This document shows positions 10,551-20,279 of a stretch of 64,000 bases of DNA, one piece after another. Numbering within the stretch: the first letter of the stretch is position 1; each line of letters opens with the position of its first letter. The DNA lies in the IMG/VR virus record IMGVR_UViG_3300032770_000005, positions 1-64,000 of that record, one strand, 5' to 3'. Below the pieces are notes generated by a model. The model was not told the origin of the DNA and did no database searches. It was given only the letters and a program-made list of their open reading frames with translations. Origin of the DNA: a virus. The position numbers were made by a program, and so were the translations under genes.

Positions 10551-11246
10551 TCAAAGAGGCTGCGCGGCGCCTTGAAGACCGCGAACACGGAGAAGGAAGG
10601 TGCCCCGATGAACGCGAAGAGTGAGACCGACACCTATGTCTACGTGGCCGGAGCGTCGGCGGAGATCGAGCGAGCCGAGCGGATGATCGCGATCGTGCGC
10701 AGCTTCGCGAAGATCGCGTACGACTGGACGGCGGCGATGCGCCGGCACGGCCCCGACTGGGCGCTGCCGATCGACGTGCTGCGAGGGGAGTTGCAGCGCA
10801 ACCTCGACGCCGTGGACTCGTGCGAGGCGCTGCTCGTGCTCGTGCCGGCGCAGCCGATCCAGACGCATGGCGCGTGGTGGGAGTGCAGCCGAGCGAAGGC
10901 GTGGAACGACCTGATCGCCGGTCCGAGCACAGCGCACGGCCCCGGCGACCCAGGCCAGCCACGCAAGTTCATCCTGGTCTCGCTACCGAACGACAAGACG
11001 CCCTGCCCGGTCTGGCTTCAGTGCTTCGCAGATCACGTGGAGGTTTCGGACGAACTGGCGGCCGCCTATCTGCGCGGCGTGGTGGAGCAACGAAGGGCCA
11101 TCGCCCGATAGCGCGAAGCGCGAGGTAGAGAGGCTGCGCGGCGCCTTGAAGACCGCGACTCATTGTTTGCGTCCTTGAAGCACGGGCCCGCGTGTGCGAA
11201 CGTTTGGGCACGCAGAGAGGCTGCGCGGCGCCTTGAAGACCGCGAC
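10551..11246 (+). CRISPR. mini-array of repeat family A: 3 repeats, one 51-nt spacer and one gene-sized interval
   Basis: Identical 30-nt core AGAGGCTGCGCGGCGCCTTGAAGACCGCGA at 10555-10584 and within the 36-mers 11124-11159 and 11211-11246. Confidence 0.75.
10608..11111 (+). CDS. nucleoside 2-deoxyribosyltransferase/nucleotide N-hydrolase-like protein, lying between CRISPR repeats
   Basis: YVAG...YDWT...LDAVDSCEALLVL...GAWWE pattern; AAGGAAGG RBS. Confidence 0.6.
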   Translation: MNAKSETDTYVYVAGASAEIERAERMIAIVRSFAKIAYDWTAAMRRHGPDWALPIDVLRGELQRNLDAVDSCEALLVLVPAQPIQTHGAWWECSRAKAWNDLIAGPSTAHGPGDPGQPRKFILVSLPNDKTPCPVWLQCFADHVEVSDELAAAYLRGVVEQRRAIAR

Positions 11247-11269
11247 GGTTGACGCCGATTGGCGAACGC

Positions 11270-11617
11270 ATGGCCATCTCGATCAAGCCCGGCCGCTGGC
11301 TCCTCGACTGCTCTCGTCGCAAGACCCGCGGCGCCATCGCGCTCGTCGGCTCCGGCGGCACGCTTCCGAAGCAGTTCGAGACGATGCTCTCGCGCATCGC
11401 TCGCGAAGAGGTCGGGCCCGCCTACCTCGGCAAGGAACGCGGCTCGATGCACGCCGCACTGCGCTCGATGCAGGGCAGCTACGTGCTCATTACGAGCGGC
11501 CGCATCATGTTCGTCAGCGACGCCAAGGGGCTCCGAGCAGCCATGCGCAGTGCAGGCTGGAGCGTGCCGCAGCACGCTCTAAGCACCGCGTTTCCGGCTC
11601 TGTTCGGTAGTGGTTGA
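11270..11617 (+). CDS. hypothetical protein
   Basis: ORF starting 23 nt after repeat 3. Confidence 0.6.
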   Translation: MAISIKPGRWLLDCSRRKTRGAIALVGSGGTLPKQFETMLSRIAREEVGPAYLGKERGSMHAALRSMQGSYVLITSGRIMFVSDAKGLRAAMRSAGWSVPQHALSTAFPALFGSG

Positions 11618-11642
11618 CTCAACTCACGCAACATACTACCGT
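11614..11642 (+). promoter_or_regulatory. sigma70-like promoter with two 9-bp units in the spacer
   Basis: TTGACT-17nt-TACCGT; TCAACTCAC GCAACATAC fill the spacer. Confidence 0.65.
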
Positions 11643-11686
11643 CCGAACCGCTCGCGATGCCAACTGCGAGCGGAGAGGACGAACGA

Positions 11687-12001
11687 GTGACAGCGCCGAA
11701 CGCAATGAAGCAAGCTGGTCTGCTCTCCGTCACGGAGGTCGCGCGCCAGCTCGGGCTTCATCGCACGACGGTCTGGCACAAGATCCGGCACGGGGAGATC
11801 GTAGCGACGCCGGTCACCGAGCGCTTCGTGGGCATCTCGCCGAAGGCGCTCGACGCCTATAAGGCCGAGTTCGTGGGCGTGTATCGTTCGTCGCGCAAGG
11901 GCAAGCGCGTCGCGAACGGCAGGAGCGTCAGTAGCACGAAGAAGTCGACGTCTGTCAGGAAGCCGCGTCGCACCAAGGCGCGGCAAAGGAGCGAGTCATG
12001 A
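11687..12001 (+). CDS. excisionase-like HTH DNA-binding protein with basic tail
   Basis: LLSVTEVARQLGLHRTTVWHKIRHGEI. Confidence 0.8.
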   Translation: MTAPNAMKQAGLLSVTEVARQLGLHRTTVWHKIRHGEIVATPVTERFVGISPKALDAYKAEFVGVYRSSRKGKRVANGRSVSSTKKSTSVRKPRRTKARQRSES

Positions 12002-13092
12002 GCGAGCAAGAGCAGAAGAACGAAGGCGTACCGGCCGGAGCGGAGATCGTACCCGTGCCCCCGAGGCGGGTCACCGATCAGCAGCTCGAAGACGCGGGCC
12101 TGATGATGCCCACCGTGGATCCGAGCGTGCTCCGCGCCGCATTCCAGAAGCGGATGGAGGTCCTGACGTCCATCCTCGATCCGAACCGCGACTTCGTCTA
12201 CACGATCCACTTCGTCGACCGCGAGGGCGGCGAGCAGCGCCGCTACGTCCAGCGGCTCGATCACGCGAGCGAACTCGCGACAGCGACCAAGGGCACGTAT
12301 ACCGCCCATCCGCGCAAGAGCGGCGTGCTGAAGCTCGCCCAGGCGCTCGGCATCGAGTGCCGGCTCATCGAGCGCATCGGCCTGCCGAACGACCCGAGGG
12401 CCGAGTTCTCGTCCGTGCGCTACATGGCGACCCACACCCGGACCGGCCGCAAGGAGGAGGGCATCGGGGCCTGCTATCTCTCGGAGAAGAAGGGCCTCCA
12501 GCGGCACGCGTGCATCTCCCTCGCGGACACGCGCGGCTACACCCGCGCCGTGCTTCGATGCGCGGGCTACGACAACGTGGGCGCCGAGGAGATGGAGTCC
12601 GTCGGCATCAGCACCGAGGAGGTGTCGATCGAGGCGCCTCTTCCCCCCGTCCGGCGCCGTCCGCCCGCGAGCCTCGGCGACGGCGAGCACTACGACGAGC
12701 CCGTCGCTGCGCCGGCGGCCGCTGCACCCGTTCCGGCGCACGCGCACAGGCCCGCGCACGCGTCGCCGCAGCAGGCGCCCGCGACGCAGCCGATGCGTCC
12801 GGCGACGCAGCCGGCTGCGCAGGCCAGCCAGACGCAGGCCCCGGCCAGCCCGGCGGCGGCTGCGCCGGCGCCAGATCCTGTGCCCATCTCGGAGACGTCC
12901 CCTGCCGTGGGCGGCCTCATCACCAACGCCCAGGCTGGCATCCTGTCCGATCTGCTGCTGCAAAAGCTCGGCAGCTTCGATCGCGCTCGTGGCTGGCTGA
13001 AGGAGCGCTTCGGCATCGAGCGTTCGATTCATCTGCCCGAGCACAAGCTGGGCGAGGCGACGAAGGCACTGGAAGCGATGGAGGTACCCTGA
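11998..13092 (+). CDS. putative single-strand annealing protein
   Basis: KSGVLKLA...GIGAC...SLADTRGYTRAV...AEEM, a Pro/Ala linker, and its position next to SSB and helicase genes. Confidence 0.55.
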   Translation: MSEQEQKNEGVPAGAEIVPVPPRRVTDQQLEDAGLMMPTVDPSVLRAAFQKRMEVLTSILDPNRDFVYTIHFVDREGGEQRRYVQRLDHASELATATKGTYTAHPRKSGVLKLAQALGIECRLIERIGLPNDPRAEFSSVRYMATHTRTGRKEEGIGACYLSEKKGLQRHACISLADTRGYTRAVLRCAGYDNVGAEEMESVGISTEEVSIEAPLPPVRRRPPASLGDGEHYDEPVAAPAAAAPVPAHAHRPAHASPQQAPATQPMRPATQPAAQASQTQAPASPAAAAPAPDPVPISETSPAVGGLITNAQAGILSDLLLQKLGSFDRARGWLKERFGIERSIHLPEHKLGEATKALEAMEVP

Positions 13093-13094
13093 CC

Positions 13095-13613
13095 ATGGTG
13101 CAGGTAACGGCGAAGCAGAACGTTCGAGACGCGGTGGCCCCACAGCGGGAGAGCATCCCACCGGGTTGGTATCACGCCCTCATCGTGGCCGCGAAGGGCG
13201 GGATGACTCGCAGCACCAAGGTGGGGCCCAAGCCGCTCCTGACGCTGGAGATCGAGTACCAGATCGTGAAGACGGACGCGGCCTCCGTGATCACCGGTGA
13301 GGACGACAAGAAGTACGCCGGTCGCCGTGTCTGGCAGGCGTACATCCTGGAGGAGATCACCACCAACCCGAGCTGGTCGCAGGGCGAGAGCTTCCGCATC
13401 CAGCAGCTGATCGCCGCCACGCACATCGAGCACGCCTTCGCGGTCGACGGCAGCGTCAGCTTCAACAGCGACCACCTCGTCAACAAGGGCGTGAAGATCA
13501 ACATCAACCAGAAGCTCGGCACACCCAAGCAGCCGAACGACCCCGTGCCGGTGTTCAACAACATCGAGAGGGTCGACTCCATCGAGCAGGTGCCCGACTC
13601 CAAGCTGGTCTGA
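13095..13613 (+). CDS. DUF669-like phage single-stranded DNA-binding protein
   Basis: IPPGWYHALI...LEIEYQIV...YAGRRVW pattern. Confidence 0.65.
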   Translation: MVQVTAKQNVRDAVAPQRESIPPGWYHALIVAAKGGMTRSTKVGPKPLLTLEIEYQIVKTDAASVITGEDDKKYAGRRVWQAYILEEITTNPSWSQGESFRIQQLIAATHIEHAFAVDGSVSFNSDHLVNKGVKININQKLGTPKQPNDPVPVFNNIERVDSIEQVPDSKLV

Positions 13614-13623
13614 GCAAAGCACG

Positions 13624-15750
13624 ATGGGCGTCGTTCGTGCACCTGCGGTCGTCCGCGCTCTGCCGCTGCGCGAACTCTCCGACCGGATGTGGACGCCGCA
13701 GCCCGACGGCTCGCCCGACGTGTACGTGACGAGTCAGATCGAACCGTCGGAGCTTGCTCTCGAAGGCATCACACCTGCGTCGGCAGAGAGCGCAGCTCTT
13801 CAGCGGCACCAGCTCGGTTGGCAGACGCCGGAGCTGCGACCGTACCAGCAGGCATCGGTGGAGGCGATCTTCGACGCCTGGGCGGCGGGCAAGAAGGCGC
13901 CTCTACTGTGCCTCGCCACGGGCACCGGCAAGACCATCGTCGCCGGCGAGGTCATCCGCCGGTACTACGAAGCGCACCGGCGGCACAAGATCTGGTTCCT
14001 CGCCCACCGCGAGGAACTGCTCGACCAGGCGCACACGAAGATCCGCGTGTTCGCCCCCATGGTCACGATGGGCATCGTGCAGAGCCGACGCAACAGCGTC
14101 GCCTGCGACGTGACCATCGCCTCGATCGACACGTTGGGGGGCGAGCGCCGGCTAGAGCAGGCGCTCAGCGGCGTGAACCTCGACACGGGACAGCACGCCT
14201 CGCCTCCCGGCCTCGTCATCATCGACGAGGCACACCACACGGTGGCGCCGAAGTACATGAAGGTCATCGCGCGCCTGCGCGAGAAGAACCCGAACGTGCT
14301 GTTCCTCGGGCTCACCGCGACGCCGGGACGAGCCGACGGCACGGCGCTCGACCAGGTGTTTGACACGGTCGCGTACCAGCTCAACGTGTTCCACGCGATC
14401 GAACTGGGCGCCCTCGTCCCGCCCGTGGGCCACAAGATCAACCTCAACGTCGACCTGCGGGTCATCCCTACCGAGAACGGCGACTTCAAGAAGGCTCCGC
14501 TCTCCAAGGTGCTGAACCAGGACAAGGTGCGGAGCCAGGTCTGTACTGGCTACCAACGCTACGGCGAGAACCGCAAGATGCTGGGCTTCGCCGTCGACGT
14601 CGCTCACGCTCACGCGCTCGCCGAGACCTTTCGGTCGGCGGGCATCGCGTCCCGTGCCATCGACGGCAAGATGGCCAAGAAGGAGCGCGACCAAGTGCTC
14701 CGGGACTTCACTGACGCCAAGACGCGCGTGCTCTGGTCGTGCGAGACCCTCACCGAGGGCTACGACGACCCCAGCATGCTGGGCATCCTCCAGGTGCGGC
14801 CCACGAAGAGCCAGGCGCTCTATCAGCAGATCGTGGGACGCGGTCTACGGCCCTCCCCGGGCAAGCTCGACTGCTTGGTCCTCGACTGCGTCGGCAACAG
14901 CGACTCGCACAAGCTCGTGCAGCTCGCGTCGCTCGCCGGCTTCGGCGAGGAGGCGTCCGGCGATGGGCCTGGGCCCGCGGCCGAAGATCCGCCGGTCATC
15001 ACCGCCGCGACCGTGGGGCAGATCAGCGCGACCGAGATCAACTTCCGGACGCTCGCGCGCCGGCGCCGGACGAAGTGGACGTGGCACGAGACGCGCTACG
15101 GGTGGACGGTCTCGCTGCCGAACGTCGGCTACTTCCTGATCAGCTGGATGGACCAGGCCCACACGACGACCAACATCCACTTCCACGACATGCGGGCGGA
15201 CAAGCGCGGCACCAAGCCTGCTCAGCTGAACCACAATCCGCTCGACTTCCAGATGGCCTACAGCCTGGTCGAGGCTGAGCTAGACCGGATGTTCACGGCG
15301 AAGGCCAATCGTACGACTGCGGACTCGCCGGACTCGGCATTGACCATGCCGCCGGAGGTGCTCGATGCGCTCTACGACGAGCAGGGCTCGCTCTTCACGG
15401 GAGAGGAGTTGGTTCGCAATGACGCCGAGTGGCGCACACGGGCCCTGACGAGTCGTCAGCGCCAGCTGCTCGACAGCCTAGGCGTGCGGCTCGATAAGAT
15501 GCCCGCCACCGCCGGCGAGGGGGCAGACCTCGCCACCGTGCTCATCGTCGAGCGCGACGCGAAGATGCGCGAGCCGGCCACGCTCAAGCAGCGGGAGTTC
15601 ATCATGCGGCACAAGCTCACGAGCAACGACGAGGCCGCAGCCATGACCAAGCGGCAGGCGAGCGCGCTCATCGTGCCGCACTTGAAGAAGCTCCAGGCAC
15701 AGCGCCGGACCGAGGGGCACGAGGACTTCGAGGCCGATGCGCCAGATTGA
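13624..15750 (+). CDS. SF2 DEAH-box helicase (Irc3/ResIII-like)
   Basis: LRPYQ, ATGTGKT, DEAHH, TATP, TEGYD, QIVGRGLR. Confidence 0.93.
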   Translation: MGVVRAPAVVRALPLRELSDRMWTPQPDGSPDVYVTSQIEPSELALEGITPASAESAALQRHQLGWQTPELRPYQQASVEAIFDAWAAGKKAPLLCLATGTGKTIVAGEVIRRYYEAHRRHKIWFLAHREELLDQAHTKIRVFAPMVTMGIVQSRRNSVACDVTIASIDTLGGERRLEQALSGVNLDTGQHASPPGLVIIDEAHHTVAPKYMKVIARLREKNPNVLFLGLTATPGRADGTALDQVFDTVAYQLNVFHAIELGALVPPVGHKINLNVDLRVIPTENGDFKKAPLSKVLNQDKVRSQVCTGYQRYGENRKMLGFAVDVAHAHALAETFRSAGIASRAIDGKMAKKERDQVLRDFTDAKTRVLWSCETLTEGYDDPSMLGILQVRPTKSQALYQQIVGRGLRPSPGKLDCLVLDCVGNSDSHKLVQLASLAGFGEEASGDGPGPAAEDPPVITAATVGQISATEINFRTLARRRRTKWTWHETRYGWTVSLPNVGYFLISWMDQAHTTTNIHFHDMRADKRGTKPAQLNHNPLDFQMAYSLVEAELDRMFTAKANRTTADSPDSALTMPPEVLDALYDEQGSLFTGEELVRNDAEWRTRALTSRQRQLLDSLGVRLDKMPATAGEGADLATVLIVERDAKMREPATLKQREFIMRHKLTSNDEAAAMTKRQASALIVPHLKKLQAQRRTEGHEDFEADAPD

Positions 15751-16402
15751 CCACTTCGGCCTGTGGAACGAGCAGCCGATCGTCGTCATCGACACGGAGA
15801 CGACGGGGTTCGTCGCGACGCAGGGCGACAAGATGGTCCAGCTCGCGGCCGTTCGCGTCGAGCGTGGCGCCGTCACGGCTCGCTGGAACACGCTGCTCAA
15901 TCCGGAGCGGCCGATCCCCTCCGAGGCCAGTCAGATTCACGGCGTGTGGGACCACGACGTCTACGATGCGCCACGATTCTGCGACGTGGTCCTGTCGTTC
16001 ATCATGTTCGTGGACGGCTGTGTCCCATGCGCGTACGGGCAGCTGTTCGATCGCGGCTTTCTCCGGGCCGAGCTGTTCGATCTCGGGCTCGCCGACATCG
16101 ATGTGCCGATCGTCCAGTGGCCAAACTGGATCGACCCGCTCGTGTGGGTACGTTCGCTCGACCGGTTCGTCGCCGGCAGCGAAGGCAACTCGCTCGTGCA
16201 TGCGTGCAAGCGGCGCGGCATCGAGATCGCGAACGCGCACAGTGCGCCCGAGGACGCCGAGGCCACTGCGAAGTTGCTCATGCTGCTCGCGCCGGAGATC
16301 GGGCTCTGCACGGCCAGCGAGCTGATCCGGCGGCAGCCGTACCTGAACGATGCCCATCGACGTCGGAGGGAGGCCGCTCGGGCCCAGGGTCGCCCGTGCT
16401 AG
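15737..16402 (+). CDS. DEDDh 3'-5' exonuclease (DnaQ-like)
   Basis: VIDTETTG, FDRGFL, AHSAPEDA. Confidence 0.9.
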   Translation: MRQIDHFGLWNEQPIVVIDTETTGFVATQGDKMVQLAAVRVERGAVTARWNTLLNPERPIPSEASQIHGVWDHDVYDAPRFCDVVLSFIMFVDGCVPCAYGQLFDRGFLRAELFDLGLADIDVPIVQWPNWIDPLVWVRSLDRFVAGSEGNSLVHACKRRGIEIANAHSAPEDAEATAKLLMLLAPEIGLCTASELIRRQPYLNDAHRRRREAARAQGRPC

Positions 16403-16415
16403 CGCGGGGTCGCCC

Positions 16416-17543
16416 GTGCTGACGCCAGCGGACAAGGTCCGTCTGCTGCGCGAGGCGACCCGAGGCGCCTCCGACTGCTACGCGCTCCGGGCGCAGCCAT
16501 CGTGGCGCCCCGTCTACAGCGCGCTGCCCGACGAGATCGTGCTCATGCACCTCAGCGGGGAGGTGGAGATCGGAGCCTACCCGCTGATCCCCAACGGGAG
16601 CGAGCTGCCGCGGGTCTGGTGGATCGCAGCTGACTTCGACGGGAAGAGGCCCGGCTGCAACTGGGAGAGCGACGTCCAACGCTTCATGGAGTACCTCGTC
16701 GAGACCGGTGCGAACATCCTGATCAACCGGTCGCGCTCGGGCCTCGGCACTCACGTGCGCGTGCTGTTCGCCGAGCCGGTGCCGGCATGGATGGCCCGCC
16801 GATGGATGACCGGCTGGCTGGAGGAGTCCGGCGTCGTGAGCGAGTTCGACGAGGAGGTCCCCACCAGCTTCGATCGGCTGATCCCCCCGCAGGACACGCT
16901 CCTCTCGGGCCTGACCCGTGATGGCTATCGGCGACCGGGCAATCTGATCGGAAGCCCGATGCACGCAGGCCTCGCTCGCGCATGCGGCGGCACGCTGCCC
17001 ATCGCGCCCGAGGCGGCCGTGCAAGGCGACTTCGCGCCCGACGGCAAGCACTGGGAGCACCTCATCCGAGCGCTCGATGGCCGCGCGTGGGGAGAGGCCG
17101 AGCTGGCCCGAGCGCTGGCGGACAGCCCGGGCAAGCCCGACCTCGTGCCGCCAGCCGCCGCGCCGTCACATCCGCCGGTGCGTCACCATCTTCCGGTCGT
17201 AGACAGCGACGATGCGATCTACTTCAACCGGCGCTGGTGCGAGTTCTTCGTGATGATGGAGAAGAACGGGCACCAGAGCTACAACATGTGGCTCGCGCTC
17301 GTGTCTCAGCTGCATCGCTTCGGCGCCGCTGGTCGTCAGGCGTTCCACGACATCAGCGCCGTCGATCACCGCTACGACAGCAAAGAGACCGACCGGATGT
17401 GGGACACCACGCAGAACCTACCGATGCGCTGCGACCGCATTGCTGACCGAGGATGGCGCTGTCCGCACCTCGGGACGCGTCGCTGCGCCGGCGCCGTCGC
17501 TCCTACGTACCTCTTCGAGCACGCGCGCTACGAGCCGAAATAG
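16416..17543 (+). CDS. archaeo-eukaryotic primase with PriCT-like C-terminus
   Basis: HLSG..EIGAYPL, ADFDG, RSRSGLGTHV, GNLI, YNMWLALV...AFHDIS...RYD. Confidence 0.8.
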   Translation: MLTPADKVRLLREATRGASDCYALRAQPSWRPVYSALPDEIVLMHLSGEVEIGAYPLIPNGSELPRVWWIAADFDGKRPGCNWESDVQRFMEYLVETGANILINRSRSGLGTHVRVLFAEPVPAWMARRWMTGWLEESGVVSEFDEEVPTSFDRLIPPQDTLLSGLTRDGYRRPGNLIGSPMHAGLARACGGTLPIAPEAAVQGDFAPDGKHWEHLIRALDGRAWGEAELARALADSPGKPDLVPPAAAPSHPPVRHHLPVVDSDDAIYFNRRWCEFFVMMEKNGHQSYNMWLALVSQLHRFGAAGRQAFHDISAVDHRYDSKETDRMWDTTQNLPMRCDRIADRGWRCPHLGTRRCAGAVAPTYLFEHARYEPK

Positions 17544-17582
17544 ACCTTGCGAGTTAGTTGGGTGTGTAGTAACAACCTCGCC

Positions 17583-17927
17583 ATGACCGCCAACAACTAC
17601 ATCCGCACGCAGGGTCACAACGCAGGCAAGGAGAACCCCTTCCAGCCGCTCTGGTTCTTCTTCGACGAGCGCGACCACGAGCAGGTCGACGCTGCGCGTG
17701 TCCAGATGCTGGCGATGCGCAAGCAGCGCATGGCGAGCGGCCGCTTCGTGCGCGTCGTGATCTACCGCCCCTTCCACTCTCTCGCGGTGGATGGCGTCAT
17801 CGGCTCGCTGTCGTCCTCGGCGTTCTACGAGGACGAGGACGTCGCCGTGAAGGCGGCCAACATCAAGCCGCCGCCTTCCCTGAGCGCGAACGCGCCGCGG
17901 GTCGTCGGCTCGCTCGACCAGGAGTGA
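17583..17927 (+). CDS. hypothetical protein
   Basis: ORF downstream of a promoter-like site at 17547-17575. Confidence 0.65.
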   Translation: MTANNYIRTQGHNAGKENPFQPLWFFFDERDHEQVDAARVQMLAMRKQRMASGRFVRVVIYRPFHSLAVDGVIGSLSSSAFYEDEDVAVKAANIKPPPSLSANAPRVVGSLDQE

Positions 17928-18046
17928 CCGATGTCAGTCGGCATCTGCTTGGGCTCGGCGGCGATCGGAATCTGGTGGGTTGTTGCTGAACTCAGCAACA
18001 TCCACAAGGCCCTGAAGCGCATCGCTGATGCGCTGGAGGAGCGGCG

Positions 18047-18859
18047 GTGACGGCTCGTAGGCCCGCACGCGCTCGTAGGCCGTCGCGGGCGAGGAAGCAA
18101 GCGCGACGGGTGTACTTCAAGCGCCATCACGACGACGAGATCGTCGACGACGTACGCATCGTGTGCGTGCCGCGCTACAAGACGAGTGGGTTGAGCGGGG
18201 ACGAGTGGCGCGTCTCGTACCGCATGACGCTCTCTCGGAAGGGCACGAAGCTCTACGAGCGCTACTACAACAGCCTCTCGGACGCCATCTCGCATCTGCC
18301 GTGGGTGCGGCGGACGATGTTCGAGGAGCCCGCCGAGGGCGTGCCGGAAGACGCATGGCCGCAGCGCATCGAGCGCGACCGCATTACCTGCCACCAGCCG
18401 GGCTGTGCGGAGTTCGCGACGGTGGTGTACCGGCTCAAGGCTGAGTATGCGAGCGACGGGGAGGGCCCGCTGCCCGAGGCGGGCATCGAGCATCGCGTGG
18501 CCTTCTGCGCGAGGCATTCTACGCGTGGCAACTGCGGCCGCGAGGACTCGGACGCCAACTACGAGCTGGTATCCGGCAGCGCGATGCCGGTGCCGGCGTC
18601 CGACGTTCGAGCAAACATCTTCGGCGGAGAGGTCGACCTGACGGACGACGACGACGACGACGACGTGTCCATCGAGACATTCTCGAAGTTGACGAAGGCC
18701 GAGAAGGTCGAGTTCCTCTACGAAAGGTATGGGATCCCGAAAGGCCAGGCGAGGTCGAAGAACGCGGCTGGCCTCATCGAGATCTACGAGGACTGCGCAC
18801 GAGACGCGGAGCGCCATGCGGTGATCGCCCGCCCGGCGAGCAAGCCCCCGGGAACATGA
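18047..18859 (+). CDS. hypothetical protein with Cys/His motifs
   Basis: CHQPGC...FCARH; strongly biased codon usage. Confidence 0.7.
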   Translation: MTARRPARARRPSRARKQARRVYFKRHHDDEIVDDVRIVCVPRYKTSGLSGDEWRVSYRMTLSRKGTKLYERYYNSLSDAISHLPWVRRTMFEEPAEGVPEDAWPQRIERDRITCHQPGCAEFATVVYRLKAEYASDGEGPLPEAGIEHRVAFCARHSTRGNCGREDSDANYELVSGSAMPVPASDVRANIFGGEVDLTDDDDDDDVSIETFSKLTKAEKVEFLYERYGIPKGQARSKNAAGLIEIYEDCARDAERHAVIARPASKPPGT

Positions 18860-19031
18860 TCACCTCGGTCAACATCGGCGAGCGCGTGCGTGTCGGCAGG
18901 TCATGGTGGACGGTGATCGCCACGTTCGCGGGTGGCCAGATCGAAGTCTGCTGCACCGTTCCCACGCGCACCGGCCCAGCAGTCGAGACGCGCCGCATCG
19001 GGGTGGTGGAAGTCAGAGAGAGGCGGACCTG

Positions 19032-19277
19032 ATGAGCGATACAGAGCGGGAGGATGACAACCATCGCTACATTCGTGAGGAGCTGAAGAGGCTGCGCGAA
19101 GCGGTGAAGACCAAGGGCCTCGCTCCTGGCGAGTGGGTTTGCGGCCTTCTCGCAGAGGCAATCGAACTCGCTGGCGCCATGGACGAGCTGGAGTGGTTGG
19201 ACGCGACGTATCGACTGATGTTCGGGGGCGTGACCAAGCTGCGGCAGCAGCTGAACGCCCGGAAGAGCCTGTCGTGA
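19032..19277 (+). CDS. hypothetical protein, tandem duplicate 1
   Basis: HRYIREELKRLR...LAGAMDELEWLDATYRLMF, paralogous to 19321-19557. Confidence 0.7.
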   Translation: MSDTEREDDNHRYIREELKRLREAVKTKGLAPGEWVCGLLAEAIELAGAMDELEWLDATYRLMFGGVTKLRQQLNARKSLS

Positions 19278-19320
19278 CGCGCCGCATCGGGGTGGCGGAA
19301 GTTCGTGAGAGGCGGACCTG

Positions 19321-19557
19321 ATGAGCGACCAGACGAAGCTGGAAGAGGACCATCGGTACGTTCGTGAGGAGCTGGAGAAGCTACGCGCAGCAATGAGGGC
19401 CAAGGACGTCGCTCCTAGGGAGTGGGCGTTCGGCCTTCTCGCGGAGGCCCTCGGGCTCGCCGGCGCCATGGATGACCTGGAGTGGCTGGATGAGACGTAT
19501 CGACTGATGTTCGAGCGTGTGCGGCAGAAGCTGAACGACCGAAAGAACATGTCGTGA
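19321..19557 (+). CDS. hypothetical protein, tandem duplicate 2
   Basis: HRYVREELEKLR...LAGAMDDLEWLDETYRLMF. Confidence 0.7.
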   Translation: MSDQTKLEEDHRYVREELEKLRAAMRAKDVAPREWAFGLLAEALGLAGAMDDLEWLDETYRLMFERVRQKLNDRKNMS

Positions 19558-20279
19558 CGAAGCACTATCGGCTGCATCAGGGCGACTGCGTGGAGTGGCT
19601 CGCATCGCTCGACGACGAGAGCGTCGACATGGTCGACACCGACCCCGCCTACGAGTCGCTGGAGAAGCACCGTGCGGTCGGCACCACGACGCGTCTCAAG
19701 GAAAGCAAGGGCAGCAGCAACGTCTGGTTCCCCATCTTCCGGAACGAGCGATTCCCCGAACTGTTCGCGCAGATGTACCGCGTGCTCCGCAAGGACCGTC
19801 ACCTGTACATGTGGTGCGACTTCGAGACGGCGCTCGTCGCCGTGCCGATCGGCCGCGCGAGCGGGTTCACGTTCTGGAACGCGCTCACCTGGGTCAAGGT
19901 GAAGGAGCGCCACGTCGTGCGTGGTGATGAGCTGGAAGCCGCCGACGTCCGCGCCGGCATGGGCTACCACTGGCGACGGTCGACCGAGCTGGTCCTCTTC
20001 TTCGAGAAGGGCAAGCGGCAGCTGAACGACCGGAGCTGGGTCGACGCGCTGCCGTTCCCGCGCGTGAGCGGCTACCCGACCGAGAAGCCCGTCGGCCTGC
20101 ACCGGCGGCTCATCGAGAACAGCACGGGCCCAGGCGAGATCGTCGTCGATCCGTTCATGGGCTCGGCCAGCTGCGGCGAAGCGGCGCTCGGCCTCGACCG
20201 GAGCTTCTGGGGCTGCGATGTGACGGACCTCAGTCTCTCCATCGCCAGCAAGCGCCTGTCGAAGTATCCGACTGGATAG
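19554..20279 (+). CDS. orphan DNA N4-C/N6-A methyltransferase (beta class)
   Basis: GDC, TDPAY (DPPY variant), YPTEKP, VVDPFMGSAS. Confidence 0.88.
   Translation: MTKHYRLHQGDCVEWLASLDDESVDMVDTDPAYESLEKHRAVGTTTRLKESKGSSNVWFPIFRNERFPELFAQMYRVLRKDRHLYMWCDFETALVAVPIGRASGFTFWNALTWVKVKERHVVRGDELEAADVRAGMGYHWRRSTELVLFFEKGKRQLNDRSWVDALPFPRVSGYPTEKPVGLHRRLIENSTGPGEIVVDPFMGSASCGEAALGLDRSFWGCDVTDLSLSIASKRLSKYPTG

Noticed and set aside
11247-11260. Sequence after repeat A3 (GGTTGACGCCG) targeting the TTGACGCCG promoters at 51739 and 55560
   Set aside because: Only 9 nt match and the first two seed bases differ.
16387-16420. 14-bp direct repeat GGGTCGCCCGTGCT as an att site or target duplication
   Set aside because: The copies are 6 nt apart at a gene junction; local slippage is the simpler explanation.
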